Positions 47,488 through 56,153 of a stretch of 64,000 nucleotides of DNA are shown here, piece by piece (positions within the stretch are counted from its first letter, which is position 1; each line of letters begins with the position of its first letter). Position numbers and translations under genes: made by a program. The notes beneath the pieces are model-generated. The model saw only the letters and a list, made by a program, of their open reading frames with translations. It was not told the origin of the DNA and did no database searches. Source of the DNA: a virus (taxonomy: Duplodnaviria; Caudoviricetes); the IMG/VR virus record IMGVR_UViG_2675903375_000003, positions 30,557 through 94,556 of that record. One strand, 5' to 3'.

Positions 47488-48759
47488 TCAGCCCTCCTTC
47501 GGCTGCTGCTCGGTGGCGCGTGCGACGTCGACGACATCTCGCCCGCAGCCCGCGCACAGCTCCCCGACACAGACGAGGCCGATGGTCATGGGTACGTCCT
47601 CGCGGTCGGGGCAGGGGCAGGTGAGGCACCAGAGGCGGCCCTTGCCGCTGTAGCCGACGATGCGCGCCTTGTCGGCCATGCAGACCGCGTGGCCCTTGGC
47701 ACGGCAGTCGGGGCAGAGGACCGCGGTCCCGGGCGCGTGCTGGGGCGTCTCGGTGTCCTTGCCGGGCTGCACCTCAACAGCCGGGCCGGGCTGCTCGTTG
47801 GTGCATGTGGCTTCCTCATCGGTGGTGTTCTGAGCCCGCCACATGCCGATGACACACTCCCCCGAGCAGTACGGCCGGGTGTCGTCCTTGAGGTAGACGT
47901 AGTCGTCTTCCTCGTAGGTGGTGAGGTCTTCGCCGCAGCGGGGGCAGGTGAGGACGACGGTGTACGCCTCGCGGAGCTGGACGAGGCGCCATTGCCGGTC
48001 GGGTGTGCGGGTCAGGTTCCGGGCGAGGCGTTCGAGGGCTGCTTCGCGGTCGTGGGTGGGGAACGCCGCTGCCCAGTGGCCGTCGGTCATGAGGAGTTCG
48101 ACGATCCAGCTGTCGTGGGAGGGGTGGGCCACGTCTTCGGCAGGTCGCCCGCTGTAGACGCACTCGCCGCCGTCGGTGTCGCACGCCCCTTCGGACTGGC
48201 CCTCGCGCAGGCAGTTCCCAGAGATCGACGCGGTGCACTCGCGGGCCTCTTCACGGAGCACCTTGGCCACGGCCTCGTACAGCGGCCCCCAGTGGCCCTC
48301 CTCCGGGTCGGTGCGCTGGATCGCCACGTTCACCCGGGACATGACGGCGGCGAACGCGGGGGCGCAGCGGTGGCAGAAGCCGTGGTGCGCGCAGTGCTGA
48401 GTCGTGCGGCAGGGCGCGGCCCGGTCTGCGGCAGGCACAACAACCGAAGCGGCCGGGTCGTGCAGCCGCGCCTCCTCCGCCAGCCAGACGGGCCAGCCGT
48501 CCAGCCCGTCGTCGTAATGCTGCCCGTACAGGCCACCCGGCAGGAGCGGCGTCTCCACCCCGTCCACCCACAGGCGGCCCGCCACGTAGGCGTGGACGCG
48601 GCCGAGCTGGCTGTCCGGCGCCGCCCGGTACGTCAGCGTGATCTCGGACGGTGCGAGGACACCGGGCCCGTACTGGTTCGGGACCTCGGGCAGGCCGCGT
48701 GCGGCGTAGCGAACGGAGTGCGCGATCGGGATGCGGAGGGTCTCGGTGGTGTCGGTCAT
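47488..48759 (-). CDS. Mosaic multi-module Cys-rich protein
   Basis: GAGGAG RBS before MTDTTE; string of short Cys/His modules. Confidence 0.65.
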   Translation of the reverse strand: MTDTTETLRIPIAHSVRYAARGLPEVPNQYGPGVLAPSEITLTYRAAPDSQLGRVHAYVAGRLWVDGVETPLLPGGLYGQHYDDGLDGWPVWLAEEARLHDPAASVVVPAADRAAPCRTTQHCAHHGFCHRCAPAFAAVMSRVNVAIQRTDPEEGHWGPLYEAVAKVLREEARECTASISGNCLREGQSEGACDTDGGECVYSGRPAEDVAHPSHDSWIVELLMTDGHWAAAFPTHDREAALERLARNLTRTPDRQWRLVQLREAYTVVLTCPRCGEDLTTYEEDDYVYLKDDTRPYCSGECVIGMWRAQNTTDEEATCTNEQPGPAVEVQPGKDTETPQHAPGTAVLCPDCRAKGHAVCMADKARIVGYSGKGRLWCLTCPCPDREDVPMTIGLVCVGELCAGCGRDVVDVARATEQQPKEG

Positions 48760-48854
48760 CGGTGCTCCTCGGTGGGTGCCGGCCGCCCCAAGGACGGCCT
48801 GTGGTTGGGTTGGGCCTACGACCCCCGCCCTATCCCGGCGGGGGTCGCCTGCGT

Positions 48855-49172
48855 TCACGAGACGGGCGCGGCGGCGGGCTTCTGGTGCTGCTCGCACTCC
48901 CACTTGGAGCCGATGTCCTCGCGGTAGTGCGTCATCGTGATCAGCTCGGTGGTGAGCCCAGCGCGCGCGGCCTTGGCGCGGTCGCGCTTCGTCGGGTTCA
49001 GGTGGCGGTGCGCCTGGTCAGCGGTCGCGAGGACGTGGCCGCTGTCGTCCACGGTCTCCACGACGGCGATGACGGCGGCAACGATGCAGCCGCAGGGGCG
49101 GCGTTGCAGCCAGCCGCATTCGTCGAGGGGGACGGGCTGGCCGTTGACGGTGACGGTCAGGTTGGTGGTCAT
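48855..49172 (-). CDS. Hypothetical phage protein
   Basis: GGAGG RBS; PLDECGW..RPCGC. Confidence 0.65.
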   Translation of the reverse strand: MTTNLTVTVNGQPVPLDECGWLQRRPCGCIVAAVIAVVETVDDSGHVLATADQAHRHLNPTKRDRAKAARAGLTTELITMTHYREDIGSKWECEQHQKPAAAPVS

Positions 49173-49183
49173 GCGGGTCCTCC

Positions 49184-49360
49184 GTGGTGTGGCTGGTGTC
49201 CGGTTGACGTCCTCCCCACGGCCGTAGCCGGGGGATTCCCTCCCTGGCGTCCGCGAGCGGCTCGCCTTGAGTCGGGTTCCTGTTTCATCGGGCCCTGCCC
49301 TGCCGAAGCTGGGTCTTACGGTCCCTCCGCAGGCGTTTTAGTTGTCCGCCCGTCCGGCGG
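49184..49360 (-). ncRNA. Predicted omegaRNA (reRNA) scaffold plus flank-derived guide
   Basis: Standard location from the tnpB 3' end to the right end; guide would read CCGGACACCAGCCACACCAC; boundaries approximate. Confidence 0.6.
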
Positions 49361-50459
49361 CCAAGACGATTCGGGCCGCGTTCACGTCCCGGTCGTGGGT
49401 GGTCTGGCAGCCCGCGCACGTCCAGGTCCGGACGTCGAGGGGCTTGGGTCCGTCGATGACGAAGCAGACGTGGCAGGTCTGTGAGGACGGCAGCCAGCGG
49501 TCGACGCGGCCGAAGGTCCGTCCGTAGCGGACGGCCTTGTACTCCAACATCGAGACGAACTGCGACCACCCGGCGTCGTGCACCGACTTGGCGAGCCGGG
49601 TGCGGGCGAGACCGTTCACCGCAAGGTCCTCGACGTACACCGCTTGGTTTTCGCGGATCAACGTGGTGGAGAGCTTGTGGTGGTGGTCTCGCCGCGCGTC
49701 GGCGACTCGGGCATGAGCCCGTGCGACCTTGATGACGGCCTTCTTGCGGTTGGCCGATCCCTTGGCTTTCCGACTGAGGTTCTGCTGCGCCTTGCGGAGC
49801 TTGCGCTCGGCGCGGCGGAAGAACTTCGGCGCGGTGATCTTCCGGCCGTCGGAGAGCACGGCGAAGTGCGTCAGGCCAAGGTCTATGCCGATCTCGCCGT
49901 CCGTCTCGGGCAGGGTCTCGGTCGGGTCGGCCTGGACGACGAACGAGGCGAAGTACCTCCCGGCCGCATCCTTGATCACGGTCACGCTAGAGGGGTCCGA
50001 CGGCAGCGGACGGGACCAGCGCACGGCGACCCCGCCGACCTTCGGCAGGTACAGCCTCCCGTCCGGACGGACCCTGAACCCAGTTGGTTTTGTGTAGCGG
50101 GCGACTTGCCGGTTGTCCCGCTTCGACTTGAACCGGGGTGCGCCGATCTTCGGGCCCTTGCGCTTGCCGGACAGGGAGTCGAAGAAGTTCCGGTAGGCGG
50201 TGTCGAGGTCGCGTAGGGCTTGCTGCATGACGCCGACGGGGGCGTTGACCAGCCACGCCCGCTCGGCGGTGCTCTTCGCCTGGGTGATGAGCGTCTTCGA
50301 CAGGTCGCCGGTCTTCGGGAACGGCAGCTTCTGCGAGTGCGCTTCCTGCCGAATGCGGAGTGCGTCGTTGTACACCACCCGCGCGCATCCAAACGTCCGG
50401 GCAAGCGCTGTGCGCTGACCAGGCGTCGGGTAGACGCGGAAGTTGTACCGGAGCTGCAT
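49338..50459 (-). CDS. tnpB: RNA-guided endonuclease TnpB
   Basis: MQLRYNFRVYP...FGCARVVYN; RuvC GIDLG, VEDL, DRDVNAA; Zn finger CHVC/CAGC intact. Confidence 0.96.
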   Translation of the reverse strand: MQLRYNFRVYPTPGQRTALARTFGCARVVYNDALRIRQEAHSQKLPFPKTGDLSKTLITQAKSTAERAWLVNAPVGVMQQALRDLDTAYRNFFDSLSGKRKGPKIGAPRFKSKRDNRQVARYTKPTGFRVRPDGRLYLPKVGGVAVRWSRPLPSDPSSVTVIKDAAGRYFASFVVQADPTETLPETDGEIGIDLGLTHFAVLSDGRKITAPKFFRRAERKLRKAQQNLSRKAKGSANRKKAVIKVARAHARVADARRDHHHKLSTTLIRENQAVYVEDLAVNGLARTRLAKSVHDAGWSQFVSMLEYKAVRYGRTFGRVDRWLPSSQTCHVCFVIDGPKPLDVRTWTCAGCQTTHDRDVNAARIVLAAGRADN

Positions 50460-50504
50460 GTACATAAGTGTACATGAATGCGGCGCCTGTACGGTGGTGT
50501 ACAT
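50458..50504. promoter_or_regulatory. TGTAC(A) palindrome array between divergent tnpB and phd-like genes
   Basis: TGTACA-TAAG-TGTACA and TGTACG-GTGG-TGTACA; both start codons abut a TGTAC. Confidence 0.7.
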
Positions 50505-50688
50505 GAATGAGGAATCCAATGAACTCTCCGTTGCTGATGCCCGGCGCCAGTTCGCAGACGTCCTGAACGACGCCTCAGCGCGGGGCCGAATCACATACAT
50601 CACGAGCAGGGGCCGGCGAGTGGCTGCCGTAGTCCCGCTGGCCGTCGCCGAACAGGCCGAGGCCGGAGCCGGGCAGACCCCGCCCTGA
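50503..50688 (+). CDS. Orphan Phd/YefM-family antitoxin-like DNA-binding protein
   Basis: LSVADARRQFADVLN...ITYITSRGRRVAAVVP; no toxin gene follows. Confidence 0.85.
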   Translation: MNEESNELSVADARRQFADVLNDASARGRITYITSRGRRVAAVVPLAVAEQAEAGAGQTPP

Positions 50689-50739
50689 CGGGCGCTGTGG
50701 GTGGTCAGACGACAGACGAGACGGCGGCGGCGCGTGAGG

Positions 50740-51576
50740 TCACGTCATGCACCAGCCGGAGTCGCACATCCCGTCGGCCTCGTCGAACATCGGCAGCAGG
50801 TCCACGCCGTCCGGGATCGCCTGCCGCAGCGGGCGGTTGAAGCGGGTCAGGTAGACGTGGTCCTTGCCCAGCTCGTCGCGGCGCGCGTTCAGCAACTCTT
50901 CGAGCTGGCACGACTTCTCGAACAGCTCCGGCTCGTCGCGCCGCTGGTCATGCCAGGTCTCCGGGCGGTGGAACGGGCAGAAGAAGCACGAGCTCTTCGG
51001 CGGCACGGGCAGCCCGGCCTCGCGGATGATGCGGGCGCAGTCGGTACGCCGCAGCCCCAAGTCCAGCAGCGGATAGGTGATGACCTCGTGCGGCTCGACC
51101 TTGCGGTTGTTCGCCCGGTGGATCTCGTCGACGCTGATGCCGATCCCGATCACCGCCGGGGTCTTCTCGGACGCGCCGCGCCGCTTCAGTTCCTTCCCGA
51201 TCACCTTGATCTTGAAATCGGCGGTGCACGACCGCTGGCCGGGCGCCCCGTTGGACATGCGCACCGGGATCGGCAGCGACCGGGAACCCTCGCGGGTCAG
51301 ACGCCCCCACAGCGTTTCCACGCTGCCGTCGCGCTTGATCCGGTCCAGGACGTTGAGCTCTATGCCGTGGTCGGCGGCGAACGGGCGGGCGTACTCCTCG
51401 ATGTACCGGAGCGTGCCGGGGTTCTCGGAGTCGTCGCCGACGTTGGCCATCAGGAACAGCCGGAAGTCGATGCGGCCCTGGGCGGCGAGGACGAGGAGGG
51501 CGGTGGACTGGACGCCTCCGCCGTAGCTGATCGAGCGGATGGGGGTCGGGTCGGGGATGGCTGCGCAGCTGGTCAC
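50740..51576 (-). CDS. PAPS-reductase-like PP-loop (adenine nucleotide alpha-hydrolase) protein
   Basis: SYGGGVQS; RSCTADFKI; GISVDE..R; YPL; KSSCFFCPF; C-terminal CDSGWC. Confidence 0.8.
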   Translation of the reverse strand: MTSCAAIPDPTPIRSISYGGGVQSTALLVLAAQGRIDFRLFLMANVGDDSENPGTLRYIEEYARPFAADHGIELNVLDRIKRDGSVETLWGRLTREGSRSLPIPVRMSNGAPGQRSCTADFKIKVIGKELKRRGASEKTPAVIGIGISVDEIHRANNRKVEPHEVITYPLLDLGLRRTDCARIIREAGLPVPPKSSCFFCPFHRPETWHDQRRDEPELFEKSCQLEELLNARRDELGKDHVYLTRFNRPLRQAIPDGVDLLPMFDEADGMCDSGWCMT

Positions 51577-51650
51577 GGTGTTCCTTACTCGCGGGTCAGG
51601 TCGTGGGGTTGGCGGGGGGTGGCGATGGGGTCACGCGCGGTGGTGATCGG

Positions 51651-52247
51651 CTAGGCGGCGGGTTGGGCGGCGGGTCTGCCGCAGTGGCAGTGGACGCGGC
51701 CGTCGGTGGCGGTGAGTTGGCGCCACCGGTGGAAGGGGCACGGCTCGACGAGGGCTGAGCCGGTGGGGTGTTGGACGATCGCGGTGCGCGGGTTGTAGGG
51801 GCCGCCCATGGCGCGGAGGGGGTGGACGTCGGCGCAGGCGAGGCAGCGGCCGGCGCGGCCTCCGGGGAGTTCGGTGTAGAGGACGCTGCTGCGGGAGCCG
51901 GGGCAGGTCTTGGGCGGGTCGATGTCGCGCGGGCTGAAGAGGAGGAGCCGACCGGTGGGGCTGAACTCCTGCCCGGCTCCGACCGCTCGGCCTTCGCAGG
52001 TGGCGCAGACGGGTTCACCGGGCGGGGGTTCGTCGGCGGTGAGGCAGGCGCCGGCTCGGTCGCTGCCTCCGATGCCGTAGCCGCACCAGGCGCCGTAGAC
52101 GATGCGGTCGTCGGGATAGCGGACGCCTGTACGGGGACGGTGCCAGCGGGACATGCCCCGGGTGCGGATGAAGCGGGGGCCTTCGGTGAGGGCTTCGGTG
52201 GTGAGGTCGACGTCGCTACGAGTGGTGGGCGGGAAGAGGGTGACCAC
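51651..52247 (-). CDS. Cys-rich hypothetical protein
   Basis: GAAGGAG RBS; WCG, CATC, CLAC, CPFH. Confidence 0.6.
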   Translation of the reverse strand: MVTLFPPTTRSDVDLTTEALTEGPRFIRTRGMSRWHRPRTGVRYPDDRIVYGAWCGYGIGGSDRAGACLTADEPPPGEPVCATCEGRAVGAGQEFSPTGRLLLFSPRDIDPPKTCPGSRSSVLYTELPGGRAGRCLACADVHPLRAMGGPYNPRTAIVQHPTGSALVEPCPFHRWRQLTATDGRVHCHCGRPAAQPAA

Positions 52248-52259
52248 GGCTCGGCTCCT

Positions 52260-52553
52260 TCAGGCGGCTTCGCGCAGTGCGGCGAGGAGCCGTTCGCGGT
52301 TGTCGCGCTGCTGGTCCGGGGAGAGGGGCATGCGGCCGGTGACGGGCTTCCAGTCCTTGACCCGGCCGGTCGGGACGGCCTCGGCGTACAGGCGCTCGAG
52401 GGCGGTGGTGTCGCGTCGGGTGGGGGCGTTGTCGCGCTGGAGGCGTTTACGGGCGGCGGTGATGGCGTGGGGGCCGAGTCCGGTGCGTTCACGGATCTCG
52501 GCGTTGTTGAAGCCCTGGTAGATGAGGTCGGCGACGTCGGCACGAATTTTCAC
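52260..52553 (-). CDS. Small HTH protein
   Basis: GFNNAEIRERTGLGPHAITAARKRL. Confidence 0.6.
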   Translation of the reverse strand: MKIRADVADLIYQGFNNAEIRERTGLGPHAITAARKRLQRDNAPTRRDTTALERLYAEAVPTGRVKDWKPVTGRMPLSPDQQRDNRERLLAALREAA

Positions 52554-52656
52554 GGTGGCGGCTCCCGGGGCTTGGGGCGTGGGGCGTTCGTTCAGGGTGG
52601 CGCGGGTGGGCGCGGGTGTTCCCCCGCCCGCGTGATGGGGGCGGGGGAGGGGTGGG

Positions 52657-52905
52657 TCAGGCCGCTGCCTCGTCGCGCAGCCCACGGATCACGGAGCGGC
52701 CGACCAGGAAGGCGGTGCGGTCGTCGGTGATGCGGTAGAGGGCGCGGGTGGCGGCGATGAGGACGTGGCGGGTCTCGCCGGTGAGGGCGGCACTGCTGTC
52801 GGCGATGTGCTCGAAGGAGCGGAAGTGGAGAAGGGCGCCGCGACGGTTGGGGGTGTAGGTGCGGCCGTTGAGGATGGTCTCGCCGGTGTTGATGTTGTAG
52901 GCCAT
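52657..52905 (-). CDS. Hypothetical protein
   Basis: AGGAG RBS; first gene after the operator-bearing promoter. Confidence 0.6.
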   Translation of the reverse strand: MAYNINTGETILNGRTYTPNRRGALLHFRSFEHIADSSAALTGETRHVLIAATRALYRITDDRTAFLVGRSVIRGLRDEAAA

Positions 52906-52943
52906 GCCGTCGCTCCTGTGTTGGTGCCGCCTTTACAGAAGAG

Positions 52944-52974
52944 ACCTTAACCCATACTCCATTGCGTACGCAAT
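52944..52974 (-). promoter_or_regulatory. Promoter with perfect ATTGCGTACGCAAT operator over the -35
   Basis: - strand TTGCGT-18-TAAGGT; operator 52961-52974. Confidence 0.75.
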
Positions 52975-53008
52975 GGTGATTGAGGGTGTTCCTGGGTCCG
53001 GGCATGAG

Positions 53009-53045
53009 GAAGCCCCCGGACCATCCATCACGGTCCGGGGGCTTC
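53009..53045 (-). terminator. Hairpin terminator insulating the downstream promoter
   Basis: GAAGCCCCCGGACC/GGTCCGGGGGCTTC. Confidence 0.65.
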
Positions 53046-53177
53046 CCCCAGCTTGCCCCTCACCGGGAACAGAGGCGGGTCATGGGGGCGCTCTCAGGTC
53101 GGTCCCGCACAGCGGGCCACCACCAGACTCCCACGACCCACTGACACTGGTGCCCTGACTGGGGAACGCGGCTGTTC

Positions 53178-53531
53178 TCAGTCCTTGTAGGCGATCGGGC
53201 TCAGGCCGCTGTGGGCCCGGTTCAGCGCCTCGTACAGAGCCTTGGCGGCATCGTGAGCATCGGCCAGCCCCCCGTAGGTGTTCTCCAGGTCGGCGGCCAG
53301 GGTGCCTTTGTCGCTGTACAGGTGCCCGCCGGTGTCAGACGGTTCGATGAGGGCGCCGATCTGGTCCAGGGCCTGCGGCAGCATCATCGCCATCCGGGAG
53401 AGGCCGCCGACCACGCTGTAGGCGTCGCTGGGGTACGTCCAGCCGTCCCGGGGACTCATGGTCAGGTGGTTGATGGCGCGGATCGCCTCGGCGGTCTGGT
53501 TGGCAAGCTCAGCTGGTGTCTGGTCAGGCAC
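53178..53531 (-). CDS. Hypothetical helical protein
   Basis: GAGGAG RBS; AEAIRAINHLT...YPSDAYSVVG. Confidence 0.6.
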   Translation of the reverse strand: MPDQTPAELANQTAEAIRAINHLTMSPRDGWTYPSDAYSVVGGLSRMAMMLPQALDQIGALIEPSDTGGHLYSDKGTLAADLENTYGGLADAHDAAKALYEALNRAHSGLSPIAYKD

Positions 53532-53607
53532 TGCTGCGTCTCCTCGGGTGGATGTCGGGCGTGTCGGCCAGTCTTCCAGGCCCCTCTGCCGGACGACGGA
53601 GACTCCG

Positions 53608-53841
53608 TCAAGAGCCCGGCGGGCGTACCGAGTAGGACGGGCAGCGTTCGGGGTCTCCGTACGCGGTCTGGTGCGGTGTGGTTGTTCCGCACCACGGGCA
53701 CGGCAGAACCGGATCGGCAGCGGAGCCCTCCACGCCGCAGTACCCGGCGTCCCCGAACTTCTCATTCGAGTAGACGACGATGGCTGGCCGGCCACAGGTG
53801 CAAAGTTCACCGGGCCGCGCGGCCCGCTCATCGGTATCCAT
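53608..53841 (-). CDS. Small Cys-rich protein
   Basis: MDTDERAARPGELCTCGRPA...CPWC...RCPSY. Confidence 0.55.
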   Translation of the reverse strand: MDTDERAARPGELCTCGRPAIVVYSNEKFGDAGYCGVEGSAADPVLPCPWCGTTTPHQTAYGDPERCPSYSVRPPGS

Positions 53842-53906
53842 GCTGGGGAGTCTTCCAGTTGGGTCCGACAGGCGGGACGGAATCAGCCGGAGTCTGCAAG
53901 ACGGGA

Positions 53907-55222
53907 TCAGCCCGCAGGGTGGAGCCGACGGACAAGCGCGCCGTCCTGGACGTGCCCGTGCAGGTGGTCGGCGAGGGCGTACAGGGTGGCCCCAGGCTCT
54001 GCGGGCGGCGTGTCGGTGAGCCGGACGTTGCCGCGGCGGGTGCGCCGTGTGGGGGCCGGGCCGCGCCGCTTGAGCGGCCGTCCGACGGCGGCGGCGTGCA
54101 GCTTGGTCGCCTCGGCGTCGATCGCGTTGATCCCGGTGTCCGCAGGCTTCGGCAGAGGCGGCTCGTCCCAGGTGTCCGGCTCCGGGGCGGGCGGCTCCAT
54201 GCCGTCGAGCGGGTTCGTGCCGGCGACGGCCGCACGGTGCGCGACGATGGCGGTGAGGGCGTAGGCGCGGGCGGCGTGCTCGGCTCGGGCCTGGAGGTCC
54301 TCGACGTGCTCGGCGCCGAGGGTGGACCGGCGCCGGGCTGTCTCGCACCACAGCGTGTGCCGTGCCTCCACCTGGGCGACGACTGCGGCAGGGAGGGCGT
54401 CCGATGCCTTCGGGGCCGGGGCGGCGGCCTCCTCCTCGGCGGCCTGCTGGGCTTTACGGACGGTTTTCCACGCGGCGAGCAACGCCCGGTACAGCTGCCG
54501 GTGCTGGGCGAGGAGCGTGTCTGCTGCGGCCGGCCACGGCTCGGCGGCGGCGCCGTCCGGGTGGGGTGCCCGTACGTCGGGGTGGGCGGCCGTGTGCGCG
54601 GCGTAGTGCTCGCGGTAGAAGTCGCGGCCCCGGTCGGTGATCTCGTACCCGTCGTATCCGTCACGGGTCCGGGCCAGCGGCGGCACGCGCTTCTCGATCA
54701 GCGCGCGTTCGACGGTCACCGAGTAGCCCCACTTCAGGTGCTCCCCGCGAAGGTCCGCGGACCACAGCAGCGCCAGGACCTCCCAGGAACGCCGGCCAAG
54801 CGCCGCCTTCCGGGGGCCTCCTGGGGTGAGGCTGGTGCCGACACGGGCAGCGGCGCGCCCTTCACGGGTCAACCGCACGGTCCGCATGAAGCCGTACTCG
54901 GTGGGCCGACTGTCCCGCGTGATCAGGCCGCGCCGCTCGAGCGCGGCCATCGTGGACCCGTTGCCCTGGTTGTCCCAGCCGCGCCCCATGAGACGCTCCT
55001 GAAGCAGAGTCCAGCCGAACACCTGTCGCAGCGCGGGCTCGTGCGCGAAGTCGATGCTCCGCCAGGCGTCCGCAGGCCGGTTGTCGTACACCCCACGGGC
55101 CGCATCCCGGCGGCGCCCGGACTCAGCGCCCTGGTCCAGGTCGAAGATGACCGCCACGTGCCCTGCTGACGATCGTTCAAGTCCTGCCAGGTCTGCAGTG
55201 CCTTCGACGTACGTGGGGGCAT
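53907..55222 (-). pseudogene. wHTH-containing hypothetical gene with an apparent 1-nt frameshift near 55158
   Basis: MPPRTSKALQTWQDLNDRQQGT continues as AVIFDLDQ only after a frame change; span is 3n+2. Confidence 0.5.
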
Positions 55223-55289
55223 GAGGTCCATCCTGCTACGTGCCACGGCCCTGTCCGGCGGAGAATGCGAAGAACGTTCCGGTGGCCGG

Positions 55290-55691
55290 TCAGTAGCCGC
55301 CGGTCTCCCGCAGCTGCGCGGTGACCGTGTCGGTGTGCTCGGGACAGTACGCCCGGACACCGACAACCAGCAGCCGGTCGGCGTTCTTCTTCACCGTCCC
55401 CCAGTCCATGCCGTTCGGGTACAGGCCCCCGCCGCCGCCGGAGAACAGCCAGGTGACGCTGTGGCCTTCGTCGAGGCCGGCGCACCACTTCGGGGGGAAC
55501 GCGGTGAGTTCGGTGTCGGCGGGCCGGTGGGTGGTGAAGGGGATGTCCTGGCTGGCGGTCAGGTACTGGTCGGCGGGGTCGGCGGTGGGGGAGGGCTTAC
55601 TGCCGCCGGCATCGCTGGTGTCACTGCTGCTGCAGGCGGTGAGGGCGAGCAGCAGGGCCACGGCCCCGGCCGCGGTGGTGGTGTGGCGCAT
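55290..55691 (-). CDS. Lipoprotein
   Basis: Lipobox LTAC followed by Ser-rich linker; KWC...AYCP. Confidence 0.8.
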   Translation of the reverse strand: MRHTTTAAGAVALLLALTACSSSDTSDAGGSKPSPTADPADQYLTASQDIPFTTHRPADTELTAFPPKWCAGLDEGHSVTWLFSGGGGGLYPNGMDWGTVKKNADRLLVVGVRAYCPEHTDTVTAQLRETGGY

Positions 55692-55840
55692 GGATCCCCC
55701 CGGAGTTGGCGTGGGCGGATCCTACCGCTCTGGGCCCGGGCCGAATCAGGAGATCTGACGGTCCGGCTGGCCGTCGGCCGGAAGGAACCACAAGGCCCGC
55801 CTGTCATGGGGGAACAGGCGGGCCGTGCCGGGCGGAGCGT

Positions 55841-55996
55841 TCACGCGTCGGGCTTTCGTCTACGCAGCAACTCCCGTACCCCGCCGACCGTGCCCACGGC
55901 GCCGATGACGGCCGTCGCAACGGTTGGCTGCCAGTAGTACAAAGCAGCGAGCGGGGCGAGAGAGGCAGCGTAGAGCCGGGGTGTGTGGCTGAACAT
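55841..55996 (-). CDS. Small hydrophobic protein (start uncertain)
   Basis: MFSHTPRLYAASLAPLAALYYW...RRRK downstream of the operator-bearing promoter. Confidence 0.4.
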   Translation of the reverse strand: MFSHTPRLYAASLAPLAALYYWQPTVATAVIGAVGTVGGVRELLRRRKPDA

Positions 55997-56101
55997 GATC
56001 TGTTCGATCTCCGTTCGGGAAGGGAGTATGGGCGCAGCCCAGCCACACACTGGGGCCCTAGGGTGCTGGTCAGAGGGGGGAACCTCTGGCCAGCCACCTA
56101 G

Positions 56102-56132
56102 AACGTAACCCACGGGCTATGGCGGGCGCAAT
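56102..56132 (-). promoter_or_regulatory. Promoter with ATTGCGCCCGCCAT operator over the -35
   Basis: - strand TTGCGC-18-TACGTT; operator 56119-56132. Confidence 0.6.
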
Positions 56133-56153
56133 ATGGTTGCGAAGTGCTGTCGC

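Larger units (their letters stand above)
49204..50688 (-). mobile_element. IS200/IS605-family tnpB-only (IS1341-like) element; left boundary uncertain
   Basis: Right-end hairpin at about 49211-49238 followed by the TCAA end at 49204 (- strand); no tnpA. Confidence 0.7.

Noticed and set aside
55990-56006. GAAC...GTTCGA resembling an SOS box
   Set aside because: Half-site spacing is wrong for LexA.
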